Origin: Octopus sinensis
Taxonomy: Eukaryota
Direction: 5' to 3'
DNA length: 64,000 nt
Assembly (NCBI RefSeq): GCF_006345805.1
Contig: NC_043005.1
Location: 53,754,001 to 53,818,000, forward strand
A model generated the notes under the pieces. That model was not told where the DNA came from. It did no database searches and saw only the letters and a list, made by a program, of their open reading frames with translations. The position numbers were made by a program, and so were the translations under genes. Shown one piece after another: positions 12,795 through 25,699 of the stretch (within the stretch, counting starts at the first letter, position 1; the number at the start of each line of letters is the position of its first letter).

Positions 12795-12873
12795 CATATG
12801 TACGTATGTATGTATGTATGTATGTATACACACACATGCACACACACACACACACGTACACACACATGCACAC

Positions 12874-12904
<31 letters not shown>

Positions 12905-13020
12905 ATATATATATTTACATATAGGCTCGTGGAAATACAGATTGAATTTTAAATAAATGTGTGTGTGTGTGTGTGCATGCATGTGTGTGTGTACATGCGC
13001 ATGTACAATTGTATGTATGC
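12245..13020. repeat. Compound (GTAT)n/(TA)n/(CA)n microsatellite cluster
   Basis: Directly visible. Confidence 0.9.
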
Positions 13021-13087
13021 GTGCATTATTTTTGTTAAAAATGTTTATAGTTTTACTTACTCACTCCTCCCATCTTTACTTACTCAC

Positions 13088-13172
13088 TCCTCCAAATTGT
13101 AACCACCTCAGTTTTGTCAAAATATGTTTTGGAGTTCAACTCATTTGTTATTTTACCATATGTATAGAATAA
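13088..13172 (-). CDS. Candidate 85-nt internal exon (LFYTYGKITNELNSKTYFDKTEVVTIWR), unknown protein
   Basis: Acceptor ttttagcttacattaatcttcag, donor GGA/gtgagt, one open frame; no homology recognised. Confidence 0.25.
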
Positions 13173-13231
13173 CTGAAGATTAATGTAAGCTAAAATAGGT
13201 CATTATGAAGGATATTGATATATATGTATAT

Positions 13232-14239
13232 ATGTATACATATATTGATATATATATATACATGGGGGTAAAAATGAGTATTCAAAATTCCCATTAATAA
13301 ATGTAAGCCTTAGTTGACATATAAAATAAATCTTTTTGCAAAAGAACCATACAGTTCCTTTAATTTTGTTTTATGGAATTACCCTTTTGTTTTACTGATA
13401 AAAGAATAATATTACCAGGCAAGATTAAGGATTTTATTTTCCAATTTCATTCTGCCTGTTAATCTATAAGGTTAACTCCTGTCTTAACAGTATTTTTTTA
13501 AAAATTCATTATACAAAAATAATAAATCATTGTTTTATTCTTGAAATCTCAATACTTTTTTTTTTTTAAATGATTTGATCTTACAACTGCCAAAATGTGC
13601 TTGCTTTATCGAAAACCTCATAAAATACTTTATTTTTCAAGAAAATAGTTTCCATACTTTTTAGATATAATTTTATTTTTACTTTAATATATAAGCTTAC
13701 CCAGATTTCAGGATTTTCAAATTAAATCATGTATAACTAGAAGTTAATAAATTTTATTAACAGCAAATAATATCACGTATATTTATCAAGAAATTACTTA
13801 GCTATAGGTAGACCTAGACTAAGTGAACTTAAGCCCTCATGATCCCATGACTTTAGCTTCAGGTACAGTGTCTTAGGACACAATCAAATATATGCTATTT
13901 TTAAAACAGCTATATCTGTGTATATGTATGCCTATATATATATATATATATATATAAGAATTTTTTGCGTAATAAGATAAAAAACCAAGGCTGTGTAGAT
14001 ATTAGAGCATTTATAGATAGGAAGCATAATGTTATATATGCAATATTCCAATATCCTATGAGTAATCCAAAAGTCCAACAGAGTTTAAAATGAGTCCTTC
14101 CAAATATAGAGTTTATAAGCAATGTAATATTCCCTTATGAGTGAGATCCAGCAGATTTTAAACTTGGTCATTCCAGAAGAGAATTTATATAGTGTTGCAG
14201 AGTCAAAGGCTTTTATTAAAACTGATATATATATATGTA

Positions 14240-14283
<44 letters not shown>

Positions 14284-15293
14284 GTATACATATATTGATA
14301 TATATATATACATGGGGGTAAAAATGAGTATTCAAAATTCCCATTAATAAATGTAAGCCTTAGTTGACATATAAAATAAATCTTTTTGCAAAAGAACCAT
14401 ACAGTTCCTTTAATTTTGTTTTATGGAATTACCCTTTTGTTTTACTGATAAAAGAATAATATTACCAGGCAAGATTAAGGATTTTATTTTCCAATTTCAT
14501 TCTGCCTGTTAATCTATAAGGTTAACTCCTGTCTTAACAGTATTTTTTTAAAAATTCATTATACAAAAATAATAAATCATTGTTTTATTCTTGAAATCTC
14601 AATACTTTTTTTTTTTTAAATGATTTGATCTTACAACTGCCAAAATGTGCTTGCTTTATCGAAAACCTCATAAAATACTTTATTTTTCAAGAAAATAGTT
14701 TCCATACTTTTTAGATATAATTTTATTTTTACTTTAATATATAAGCTTACCCAAGATTTCAGGATTTTCAAATTAAATCATGTATAACTAGAAGTTAATA
14801 AATTTTATTAACGGCAAATAATATCACGTATATTTATCAAGAAATTACTTAGCTATAGGTAGACCTAGACTAAGTGAACTTAAGCCCTCATGATCCCATG
14901 ACTTTAGCTTCAGGTACAGTGTCTTAGGACACAATCAAATATATGCTATTTTTAAAACAGCTATATCTGTGTATATGTATGCCTATATATATATATATAT
15001 ATATATATAAGAATTTTTTGCGTAATAAGATAAAAAACCAAGGCTGTGTAGATATTAGAGCATTTATAGATAGGAAGCATAATGTTATATATGCAATATT
15101 CCAATATCCTATGAGTAATCCAAAAGTCCAACAGAGTTTAAAATGAGTCCTTCCAAATATAGAGTTTATAAGCAATGTAATATTCCCTTATGAGTGAGAT
15201 CCAGCAGATTTTAAACTTGGTCATTCCCAGAAGAGAATTTATATAGTGTTGCAGAGTCAAAGGCTTTTATTAAAACTGATATATATATATGTA

Positions 15294-15335
<42 letters not shown>
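13232..15335. repeat. Near-identical tandem duplication, period about 1050 bp
   Basis: catgggggtaaaaatgag at 13261 and 14311. Confidence 0.95.
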
Positions 15336-15345
<10 letters not shown>

Positions 15346-15539
15346 TATAAATATACATATAAAATGATAAATTATGGGTTTTCTATAGTATTCAGAGCCA
15401 GCACTATAAAATACAATGTTTCATATACAAATACGTCTATGTAAATAATGCAAAGACAGAAATAATAGGTTATGTGTGTATATACATATTTCAAGAGTTA
15501 TTGCTTTTTCATTAGCACTACCTCCAGCCCATCAACTAT

Positions 15540-15960
15540 TCACAAATTCATGGCTTAGACATCCGCTAAGTTCAGTGGTATAACACTATTGGATAAACCA
15601 ATATATATATCATAAACTTCCCTGGTGGAAAGGTCTGTTTTAAAACAGTTGTATATTTGTGAGCTATCCTTCTGTTGTTTCTAGCAAGTTGAGCAACTGT
15701 TTAGAGATCCCTTCATTAACTTCTGTTGATAAAGGACTTAGTGTTTACTGTTCCCACTGGTGAATACTGATTTAACAAGCCTACTATCAAAGGTGCTCAA
15801 GACATGACCATTTCGTCTTTCAATGTCTATGAGGCTATATTGGCCATTAAGGTATTCCTTTTTAAGATAGTAGTAAGGTATTTGATTTAAGAAGGATTTT
15901 ACTGTTATTTTTAGGAGGTCAAACAAACCACGTAAAGCATGGGTGGAGAAGCTTTTTAAT
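15540..15960 (-). mobile_element. Decayed Penelope-like reverse transcriptase fragment
   Basis: THALRGLFDLLKITVKSFLNQIPYYYL..VLSTFD..VKSVFTS..VLKQTF..GKF resembles the PLE RT motif order THRLS..DILLKPF..IPSYL / LVSFDVxSLFT / VLxxNxF..GKFY. Confidence 0.5.
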
Positions 15961-16006
15961 ACTAGGTATGTATTAGAAGTGTTAAGAACCTCAGTACAAT
16001 ATGTAA

Positions 16007-16205
16007 CCAAAAAGCACTGGTGATGGTGCCATGCAAAATGCATTGGTATTGGTGTTACATAAAAAGGGCTGGTGCTGGAGTCACATGAAAAGCACTACTG
16101 ATGGTACCAAGTAAAAAGCATTGGTGATGAAGCCACATAAAAATCACTGGTGATGGTGTCATATAAAACCTCTGGTGGTAGTAGCACATACAAAGCACCC
16201 AGTAC
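16007..16205 (+). repeat. Degenerate tandem array (unit about 27 bp, ctggtgatggtgccacataaaaagc-like) within a family C relic
   Basis: About seven imperfect units visible. Confidence 0.65.
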
Positions 16206-17442
16206 ACTTTGTAAAGTGTTTAAATAGGAGCTTGTCTTAAAATTTTGCAGAAATCTTCATTGCTTCTATCTTTTACTTGTTTCACTCATTAGACTGCAGC
16301 CTTACTTGGGCACTGCCTTAAATTTTTAGTCTTAAATTTCTATAGCATCATCCAACTATAGAAACCAAACCAAAACAGAGTATGGATCTGGGGGCAGTTC
16401 CTGGCCTTGCCAGCACCAGTCAAACCATCCCACCAGTATGGAAAACAGATGTTAAATGATGATGATGATGATGATATATGCAAGTGTAAAGGAACATTAA
16501 TTACTACTTCCACTAAAATAGGTATGTGAGAAAAAGTAGATTAGCCAGCAGAGGAAATTGAACCTGTCCTGACTGTCATGCTAAACTGCATTACAATAAA
16601 CATCAGCGTGATAGACTGTGTAGTACAGTTCCCAGGTAAGATGAGGTATAATATATCTGAAACAATAGATCTGTGGATCGCACTCACTCATTTGATGAAC
16701 TAGCTATGCACCAAGAGACTACTCAGAGTAGATGTAGAGTTATACAACAACAACAACAGCAGCAGCAGCTTCCACAACAACAACAGCAGCAGCAGCTTCC
16801 ACAACAACGGCAACAATTACAATAACAACATCTCAATGCTTAGTTAATCTTTCATCTCTAGTTTAACCTTTCTCTCCTATCCAAACAAACCGTTAGACAA
16901 TATGAATGACTCAATATTGAATTTCATAACAAAATTTACCGATTGTTTGTTCAACTAAGTATATATTAATTAAATTCTTTACTATAATTACATTAATAAA
17001 TGACTGCTGGACCATTGAAAGTCTTTGCTTTATAAATTTCTATTTTGATGCATTCATTACAAATCTTCATAACATTGTTTCATAACATTGTTTCATTATG
17101 TTTCAATGGTATTTTCAGAATCTTTCCATAGTTACAGCTTTTTAAAGCATAACATTTAAACTTGCGTCATTAAATGAAGGATAATTAAAGCAGTGGGCTA
17201 GCAGAATCATTAATATATTGGACAAACTGTTTAGTGGCATTTCTTCTGGGCCTCTAAATTCTGAGATTGAGTTCTGCTGAAGTCAACTTTGTGTTTCATT
17301 CTTTTTGAGCTGCTAAAATAATTACCAGTAAAATAGTGTGGCTTAATGTAATTGACATGAGTCCTCTCCTCGAAATTGCTGGCCTTGTGCTAAAATTAGA
17401 AAGAATTATATTAAAGAGAGCTAAGGTAGTTGAAATATATGT

Positions 17443-17670
17443 TTAACCCTTTCGTTACCAACCTGGCTGACACCGGCTCCGGCTCTGAGTACAAATGTCT
17501 TGTTTTCATTAAGTTTTTAATTAAAATCTTCCACCAAACCTTAGTCACAATTTATGTTCCTAACACTAGCTGAATGATAACAAGTTATTTTACTAAATTC
17601 TTTGTTATATTTAAAGTAATTTAAAGAAACACAGAGCATCTCAAAATAAATACGGGAATGAAAGGGTTAG
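17443..17670. mobile_element. piggyBac-like MITE (8549 family, opposite orientation)
   Basis: TTAA-CCCTTTCGTTACC ... GAAAGGG-TTAG. Confidence 0.8.
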
Positions 17671-17714
17671 CAATAGAAACATATGAAATACATGTGTATA
17701 ACAAACACAATAAC

Positions 17715-18050
17715 ATTGGTTTCAGATTTTGGCACAAAGCCAGCAATTTTGGTGGCGGGTCAAGTAAATTACATTGACTTCAGTGCTCAACAGGTACCTA
17801 TTTCATCAACCCTGAAAGAATCAAAGGCAGAATTTAAACTCAAAATGTAAAGACAAATGAAATGCTGTTAAGCAATTTCTCCAGTGTACAAATGACTTTG
17901 CCAGCTCAAAACCTTAACACCTTTGATCCTTAAAGGGTCAAAGGCAAAGTTGACCTCAGCAGAATTTGAACTCAGAACATAAAAGACTAACAAAATGATG
18001 CTAAGCAATTCGTCCAGTGTGCAAATGACTCTGCCAGCTCAACACCTTAA
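17715..18050 (-). mobile_element. Tandem degenerate SINE family B copies
   Basis: Two aatttgaactc..tgccagctc heads. Confidence 0.75.
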
Positions 18051-18367
18051 CAAACAGAGTAACATTATACGCAATGGGAACATATTTCACTTTTACATAA
18101 CATACCTTCACCATCATCATCATCATTTTAATGTCCATCTTACATGCTGGCATGGGTTTGACTATTAGCATAGCTTTTTATATATTATGCTGTCTATCTA
18201 AAAATATAATGTCTAGTGTGGTTGTCTCTCCCAAGCTTGGCTGTCTAGCCCAGAACATACGGTATGAAAAGAAAATCAAAATCCAGTCAAGGATTGCAAG
18301 AAATTTTTTAAAAAGATAAAAACAAAAAGTAGAATTTAATGGTAAAAGTATCCATGCCAAGTGAAAC

Positions 18368-18733
18368 TATAGTAGTGGCCGATCCCAGTACCATCTGACT
18401 GGCACCCATGCCAGTGGCATGTAAAAAGCACCATTCAAGCATTGGGCCTCACGGAAGCAGTGACAGGTATCCAAGACCTTTGGCAATATACTGTGCTTGT
18501 GCAGTCCTGTGAAGCCAAATGAGATCGTAGTTGTGACTGATGCCAGTGTCACCTCAATGGCACCCATGCTGGTGGCACATAAAAAGCACTCACTACACTC
18601 TTGGAGTGGTTGGCATTAGGAAGGGCATCCAGCCATGGAAACCATGCCAAATCAGATTGGAGCCTGGTGCAACTCCCTGGCCTACCAGTTTTCAGTAAAA
18701 CCATCCTAACATGGAAACAGATGTTAAATGATG

Positions 18734-18766
<33 letters not shown>
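18368..18766 (+). mobile_element. SINE/LINE-tail family C with (GAT)n tail
   Basis: ggtggcacataaaaagcac..ggttggcattaggaagggcatccag..gttaaatgatgaggatgat. Confidence 0.85.
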
Positions 18767-20302
18767 CTTCAGGAAGTCTGAAGAATATTATTTCAGAGAC
18801 ATTTAATTCCTTACTAACATACAAAATCACTCTCAAACAACAACACGATTCAGAAGAAAAGATTGTGAAGTTGAATCTAAACCTTTTAAAAAGGTGAAGA
18901 TATTTATGCATTCAGAAACGTATTGTAATGTTAATAAAATTCCAGACACGTAGCTTATGTATATTCTTGAAACTAATTTCTGAAATTAATATAAATAGTG
19001 TTTTCTCTAATTTTACACCATTAAGTTAATATCTGGAATAGTAATAGAGTTGTGTGATCTTTGAAGAGAAAAGTGTGATATTTAGAAATTTGTGGTGTCA
19101 GCTAGAGAATTATAACATTTAAATCTTACTTAGCTTACTGATAATGAGTTCAGTTTCCTTAAAGTGACTCAGTCTTTGTGAAAACTATAGACAAATTAAG
19201 CTTTCTTTAATAGGTTTTTGTTCACCTATCTTCAGTTGAATTATATTTAGTAGTTAGTTTTTCATTGTTGACATGATTCATAAATATTCTTCAATGATTT
19301 ATATCCTAATCTAATTTCTTGAAAATTTCCACTAGTGGTTTAACTTAGAAATTTGTTTCCTATGTCTTTTAAAGGGGTAATTTCTGTATTTCATTTTAGC
19401 TTCTCTGTTAGTTTTCGCTTCTTAGTTTTGATATCAGTGTTGACATCAATGAGACAGGTTTTAGAAAATGACATTGTTTATGAAGAAAATGTAACAGGTG
19501 TTACAACAATCAAAAGGTTTTTTTCTTCTTTTTTATCAAGATCCTTTATTGGGCTATTTAATATGCTAGAAATAGCAAGCAAATCAGCAACACTTATTCA
19601 TTTATAAGTTGTGTGTCTTTCAATAATCCTTTCAACAAAAGAACATTTGCATGATCTTTCTACTCATCAGAAAGGATAGTGAATTCTCATTCAGATGTAC
19701 TTTGTCAAAAGAAGGAAATAAAAGTTATTTTTATACAAAAAGATGAGACAGTCATAGTTGGAATGGCTTTGAGCTTAGGTCTCTCCAATCTAGAGTGACT
19801 TGAAACAAAACAGCAACTTGCAGATTGTGGTTGTATTCAGTTGCCAAGATCAGTGATTCCTAAGCATATTTTGTCATGACATCCTTATACCATTTACTAA
19901 ACATCACAGAACACATCATCTTTATTCTACCATATACTTTTCCTTGCTTGCATGGATCAGAAAGAATTTGTTGAGGAAGTTTTTTTACAGCTACATGCCT
20001 TTTCAGTTGCAAACTCTCACCTGCTTCCAAGTCAGGTAATATTTCTAGATGTGTTTCCACAAAAAATAGTAAACAAAGGACACTGCTTGCATGATGATAA
20101 CTCTCATTTTACAATTCTCACACATGAGGTCAAAGCAAAGACACAGTAAACACACACCACACACATCTATAAGCACACACACACACACACTGACACTCAC
20201 ACTCATTCACACACGCAAACTCACACACACTCACACTCACTCACACACATGCACATACACATGTGCATGCATGCACACACATACACACACACATACACGC
20301 AC

Positions 20303-20462
20303 ACATGACAGTCTTCTTTCAATTTCTGTCTACCAAATCCAGTCACAAAGCTTTAGTCAGCCTGGAGCTGTATCAGAAAGCACTTGCATAAGGTGCCATA
20401 CATTGAGTTTGAACCTGAAACTATGTGGTTAGGAAGTAGTCTTCTTAACCTCACAGCCATAC
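20303..20462 (-). mobile_element. SINE family A 5' half, CpG-decayed
   Basis: Aligns to the family A head with CpG converted to TpG/CpA. Confidence 0.7.
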
Positions 20463-20861
20463 ATGCATTTTTATGGACAACCATTTACTGTCTAATTTCA
20501 ATGGAAAACATTTAATGAAATAAAAATTGCATTGTAGATGTAATTTACTCATACAAAGCATATAACTTATAAATTTGAAAGGAGCTAAACCCATTTCTTT
20601 TATTGAAATATTTTTTTAAAACTTTATTAAAAGACAATTTATCTCACAGAACCCTAGAAAATATTTTCACATAAATCTGGTGTTTTTCAACATCTAGTTT
20701 GGTAAACACTGTTCTAGAGGAAGAATCCAGAAATTGTCTTAATAATTAACCTGCCTTAATATTTGTTTAAATATGATACTTTTCCATGCCTACTCAGGTT
20801 ACAATACAGTAATACTACTTTCTTTGTCACTCACTACTTTGGTAGTGAAATTGTGAAGCAC

Positions 20862-21190
20862 ATGGCTCAGTGGTTAAAGTGCAGGGCTCACAATCAGGAA
20901 GTAGTGAGTTTGATTCCTGGACTGGGCTGTGTATTGTGTTCTTGAGCAAGACATTTCACATTGCTCCAGTTCACTCAGCTGTAGAAAAATTAGTTGTATT
21001 GTCACTGGTGCCAAGTTGTATCGGCCATTGCCTTTTCCTTGGATAACATTGGTGGCATGGAGAAGGGAGGCTGGTATGCATGGGGGGCTGCTGGTCTTCC
21101 ATAAATAAACTTGCCCAAACTCGTGCCTTGAAGGAGAACTTTCTAAGTGCAATCCCATGGTCATTCATGACTGAAGGGTGTCCTTACCCT
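20862..21190 (+). mobile_element. SINE family E variant
   Basis: tggctcagtggttaaag..gtttgattcc..ttgtgttcttgagcaagacatttcacattgctccag. Confidence 0.8.
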
Positions 21191-22004
21191 TTATGAAATG
21201 TCAGGGACTAGTAGCACCTTTGGTAGGGATCCTGCCAATTCCTTTTCAGATCAGCTCATCAGTCATTAGTAACCATTTGACCCCACAAACTGTATCGATC
21301 CAGCAATATAACATCTCGTTAACGATATTGGAAGACTGGCTAACAGATTAAAGGTAGTGAATGAGTCTTAAGCTCTTGGTAAAATTCATTAAGATCTTGT
21401 TACTTTACATGGGTGAAGTCTGGATTTTTGGAGTACAATTAAGGGTTAAGATTTATTTGGAAGAAAGGCAATAGCCAACAATGTCAATATGAAATACTAT
21501 CTCAGAGTATGGTGAGACATGTAGATCTCACTGGTCATACCACTTATGCTAGTAGTCTAGAAAACCAGAGGTGAAGGAGTTAGGTCGGTCATCCAGTGTA
21601 ACTGATCCACCCCCTATAACTCAAATCCACAACAAATCAAGGCCCAAATTTTGGGGGACCAAAAACAGAACTTTTATTGAAATGGTCAGATTATCACCTG
21701 CCCCTGTGATAATGAATTATTACCTCCTTTGTAGTCTTCTCACTGTTTAAGGTACATGGACGGTATATCATGGACAGTGGTAGAGGTGTTCTCTGGTCTA
21801 CTGTGCAAATAAGTCCATTGATGCAGGTGATAATCAAAAAATGCTTTTGGTATTTAAGAAATAGAATCTTGGCAATATTCAAAAACAAAGGATAAACAAG
21901 TATACTTTGTTAAGGATGATTACATGCTTTGTTGATGAGGTCTAATATGATCAAAACATGTCTAGTTGTCTCATTAACTCAGGTTAATGTTCTCTTTTCA
22001 TCAT

Positions 22005-22192
22005 ATTCATATTTGCCAGTGTATAAAAGGCACTCTCGCATAAGACAGACCCCTAATTTTCAAGTTTATTGTGTGGAAAAAAGCAAACAAACATTTAAGA
22101 TGTTTCATCGTACACCTATTGAAAGATATTTTGAGAGAATGTATGATTCTTTGCATATGCATGCAATGCTGTGATTCATACTGGAAAATAGT
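22005..22192. mobile_element. pogo/Tigger-like MITE remnant
   Basis: Left end tatttgccagtgtataaaaggcac..cataagacagacccctaatttt; right end atactggaaaatagta. Confidence 0.4.
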
Positions 22193-22611
22193 AGAAAACC
22201 ATAAATTTATCATTAAAAAACTAAACTGTGTGAGTACCATTCTTCAACTTCATGTTTTTTTCAGTTTAATTGCATGGTTGTTTACATTTTAGTCATGAGA
22301 ATTGCTATACAGGATATAAAACTCATATTTCTGGCTACAAAGTTGTGTTACCAGGATCAATGCTATGATTTTGTTGTCATCCACTTGTTTCCAATAGCTG
22401 ATAGGCAGATGAAAGTCTAACATTCCTTTCATCTTACAAGAATTTTCATTTAGATAATTAAAAAAAATATTTCTTAAAGTTAACAGTGTCATTAATGAAG
22501 ACATACATCAGGTGTCAGTCGTCTGCTGAAGAAGATATAACGAGACGATGTGACCTCTACACATAACTGCCAATATATAGTAAGCAATTTTCTTCAAGTT
22601 TGTCCTGACAT

Positions 22612-22800
22612 CATTATCATCATTTAACGTCTGTTTCCCATGCTGGCAGAGGTAGGACAGTTTGACAAGAACTGGCAAGCTCTATTGTCTATTATGGAAC
22701 AGTTTCTACAGTTGGAATCTCTTCCTAATACCAACCACTTTATAGAGTGTAATTGGCATTTTTTACATGGCACCATTAACCATGAGGTCATCAAGCATCT
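22612..22800 (-). mobile_element. SINE family C, degenerate
   Basis: catcatttaacgtctgtttcccatgctggc..cttcctaataccaaccact. Confidence 0.75.
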
Positions 22801-24029
22801 TTCAAGACAAATAAGTGGCTTGCTTCCAATATTTTGTTATTAGTAATGATTATTGCGCTTAAATGACTTATTCTTATCCAGTTCCTGCAACACTCAGTTT
22901 CCCACTCATAATACAATTACATTAGACACTTTGATACATTTACTAATAAAGATGTGTATTTTATATATGCAAGGAATTACAATAGATTTTTTTTTATGAC
23001 ATACATTGAATATGTTTAGTCTTCCTTAAGTGTATGAAGAGCTGATTTTCATTAGTCAACCTTCAACTTGATAAGACATTGAACTAATTCACTAGTGTTA
23101 CTTGCTTCTTAAGCCTAATAAACTGCTTATGTTTCCATTACAATCAGATATTCTGAAACAAGTCCATGAGAATATTTATCTTTGATAAATGAAATATAGA
23201 GATTTGAGTAATATAAACACTGTAATCAGAGCATCTCTAATCATATGAAAATACCATTTATGTCCACTATGTAAAGTAAATTTAAGTATTAATATTAAAG
23301 TTCTGTATATTGGCAACTATGTTTTCATGTCACACAGCTACAACAGAAGACATTAGTGCAGAAAAAAAAACACAACAAAGTGTGTACTTGTCATCTGCTG
23401 GCATTTGTAATAATAAAATACGTTGTTATAACATTACAGAATTATAAAAATTATTTTAAAAATGGCTAGTCAGATGTTTTTAGTTGAAATATATTTGGAA
23501 AAGAAAAAAATAATAAACAAGTTTTATATTCTACAACAATTGTCAAAACAAAATTAAAACTCAAAAGAATGAAATAAGATTTTAGGTTTTTTTTTTTGTT
23601 TTGAGGGGTGGAAAGATTTTTTTTTTTGAGAACAAATTTTTTTATAAAATGCAAAACAAAACAAAGAAGAAATAAAAAAAAAGAAGAAAAAGAGTAAAAT
23701 TTACAATTCTGAATGTGAAAAACAAGAAAAAACAGAAGTGGACGTGAGAAAAGAGTTGACGTTCCTTTTTTCTTTCTTTTACCTTCTAGATTTTCTTATT
23801 TTAAATGAAAATGCAGGATTTCTATGTCTTTCAATGAACCGAGAAGAAAAATACTTTTTTTTCCCCTATAAATATATGTATGCTAAACCTAAAGTTTACC
23901 AAAACTTTCCTCTGAGCTTCAATTTATATTTTTTGGTAAGTTGTTTTGCTTAGATACAGAATAAAATTCATCAAAATTTTTTTTTTTCTCTATTCTTTTA
24001 TATCAATTTTTATTTTAGAAGTTACATAC

Positions 24030-24062
24030 CTGGCAGCACTTTTCAAAGGATAATGTTTAAAT
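24030..24062 (-). CDS. Candidate 33-nt exon (FKHYPLKSAA)
   Basis: Donor CAG/gtatgt; weak acceptor aattcag; one open frame. Confidence 0.15.
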
Positions 24063-24454
24063 CTGAATTCTTCTTAGTTATCTATCAGAAAGCAAAATAC
24101 TAAAATCAGCTATTTGTTGCTTGTGAGTAAGATACATTTATTTATTAATTTTTGTTTTGTTTTTTTTTTCTCTATTTAAAAACAAAATTGAAAGAGAGAC
24201 AGAAAAGGAGTAAAAAAAAATCAGATAAAAATTATGTACTCTAAAAGTGAAATCAAACTGAATCTTGGTTTAATTTTTGTTGACCTGTTGATGTCATGTC
24301 TAGTCAGAAGAAAAAAAAAATGTTTGTTTTTACTTATTATGTACCAACTTGTGAGTGTGACCTGTACTAAGAACTACTTTATATTGAACTTTGAAACAAT
24401 AATGTTTTTGTAATGAATCCAAAACATAACGTTCCAGACAGAGAAGTCTCTATA

Positions 24455-24620
24455 TGATATTGATTTCAAATTTTGGCACAAGGCCAGCAATTTGAATGGA
24501 TGGAGTAAGTTGATTATACCAACCCCAGTGCTCAACTGGTACTAACTCTATCAAACTCAAAAAGATGAGAGGCAAAATCAACCTCAGCAGCATTTGAACT
24601 CAAAGCATATAGCCACAATA
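24455..24620 (-). mobile_element. SINE family B, degenerate
   Basis: tttggcacaaggccagcaa..ccccagtgctcaactggtac..atttgaactc. Confidence 0.75.
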
Positions 24621-24994
24621 AATGTTAGCTTGTTGGTTAGTTGATTTCTCCAGTCATGCTTTGATCAGATAATGAAAGAAGAGACAATATAAGAGAGATA
24701 AAGAGAGAGAGAGTAAACTGAAGGAGATAAAATTGATAGAGAATCATTGAAATTAAGAAGGTAGTGGGTTCATAAAAAATGTTAAAAGTTATGCAGGTAC
24801 TAGACACCGAATGCATGGCAAATGCTTACACCCTCTTACACACATGCAGTCACCTGTCCATGCCACATACAAACACACATGTATTAACACACATATAATT
24901 AGAAGAATAAACTTGAGGATTTGGTTTGCGGAGATAAAGAAACAGTAGGTTTACAAAGCCATATATACATACATGTACACACATACACACATGT

Positions 24995-25027
<33 letters not shown>

Positions 25028-25029
25028 TC

Positions 25030-25350
25030 TAGAACTCTGACGGTTACAGTGGTGAGTGTTCCAGCTAATCAGATTAACAGAATAGCCATCTCATGAAATT
25101 TAGGTGCAAGTGGCTGAGTACCTCACATACATGTATACCCTTAATGCAGTTCTCAGGGAGATGCAATGTGACATGAATGTGACAAGGCTGGCCCTTTGAA
25201 TTACAGGTACAATCCATTTTGTCAGCTGAGTGGAGTGGAGCAATATGAAATAAAGTATCTTGCTTGAAGACACGATGTACTGCCAGGTATGTAACTCATG
25301 ACCTTACAATCAGGAGCCAAAAACCCTAGTCACTAAGCCACATGCCTTCA
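25030..25350 (-). mobile_element. Composite SINE (family D tail with family E-type head)
   Basis: gtgcaagtggctgag..gtgacaaggctggccctttgaattacagg..cactaagccacatgcc. Confidence 0.7.
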
Positions 25351-25428
25351 CATATATCACATGCCTTCACATATGCCACATACCTTCACATATACCACAT
25401 GCCTTTACATGCCTTCACATATGCACAA
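25338..25428 (+). repeat. Minisatellite, about five copies of cacatgccttcacatat
   Basis: Directly visible. Confidence 0.8.
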
Positions 25429-25620
25429 ATGAAAATGTATTATGTATATATATATCAAAATTAACCAAAGGACATACTTAGTATATCTACCTGCTGGAAA
25501 TAACAGTCAAAATTCTTATTTAAACTGCCAAATACACTGATAATAACTACAGAAATCAACTGTCTGAAGGAAAATGGGCTAAAATAATCTCCCTGCATAC
25601 ATTCAAGTATCTGGACTTAC

Positions 25621-25666
25621 GTGGACCAGTTTCTGCACTGGCAAATAGCTTCAGCTTCCTCAGCAC
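25621..25666 (-). CDS. Candidate 46-nt exon (VLRKLKLFASAETGP or AEEAEAICQCRNWS)
   Basis: Acceptor taacag, donor CAC/gtaagt; GC-richer than flanks; two open frames. Confidence 0.33.
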
Positions 25667-25699
25667 CTGTTACCACATGTTAAAAGTTATGCATATACA

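Noticed and set aside
14085-14291. LINE RT motif KAFDS
   Set aside because: A single short motif next to a microsatellite with no other RT motifs in order.
22020-22140. Well-formed plus-strand 121-nt exon (YKRHSRIRQTPNF...)
   Set aside because: It starts inside a pogo/Tigger-like MITE terminus, so the splice-like signals are probably transposon-derived.
22520-22560. Hammerhead-like CTGAAGA
   Set aside because: No GAAA or stem II partner follows.
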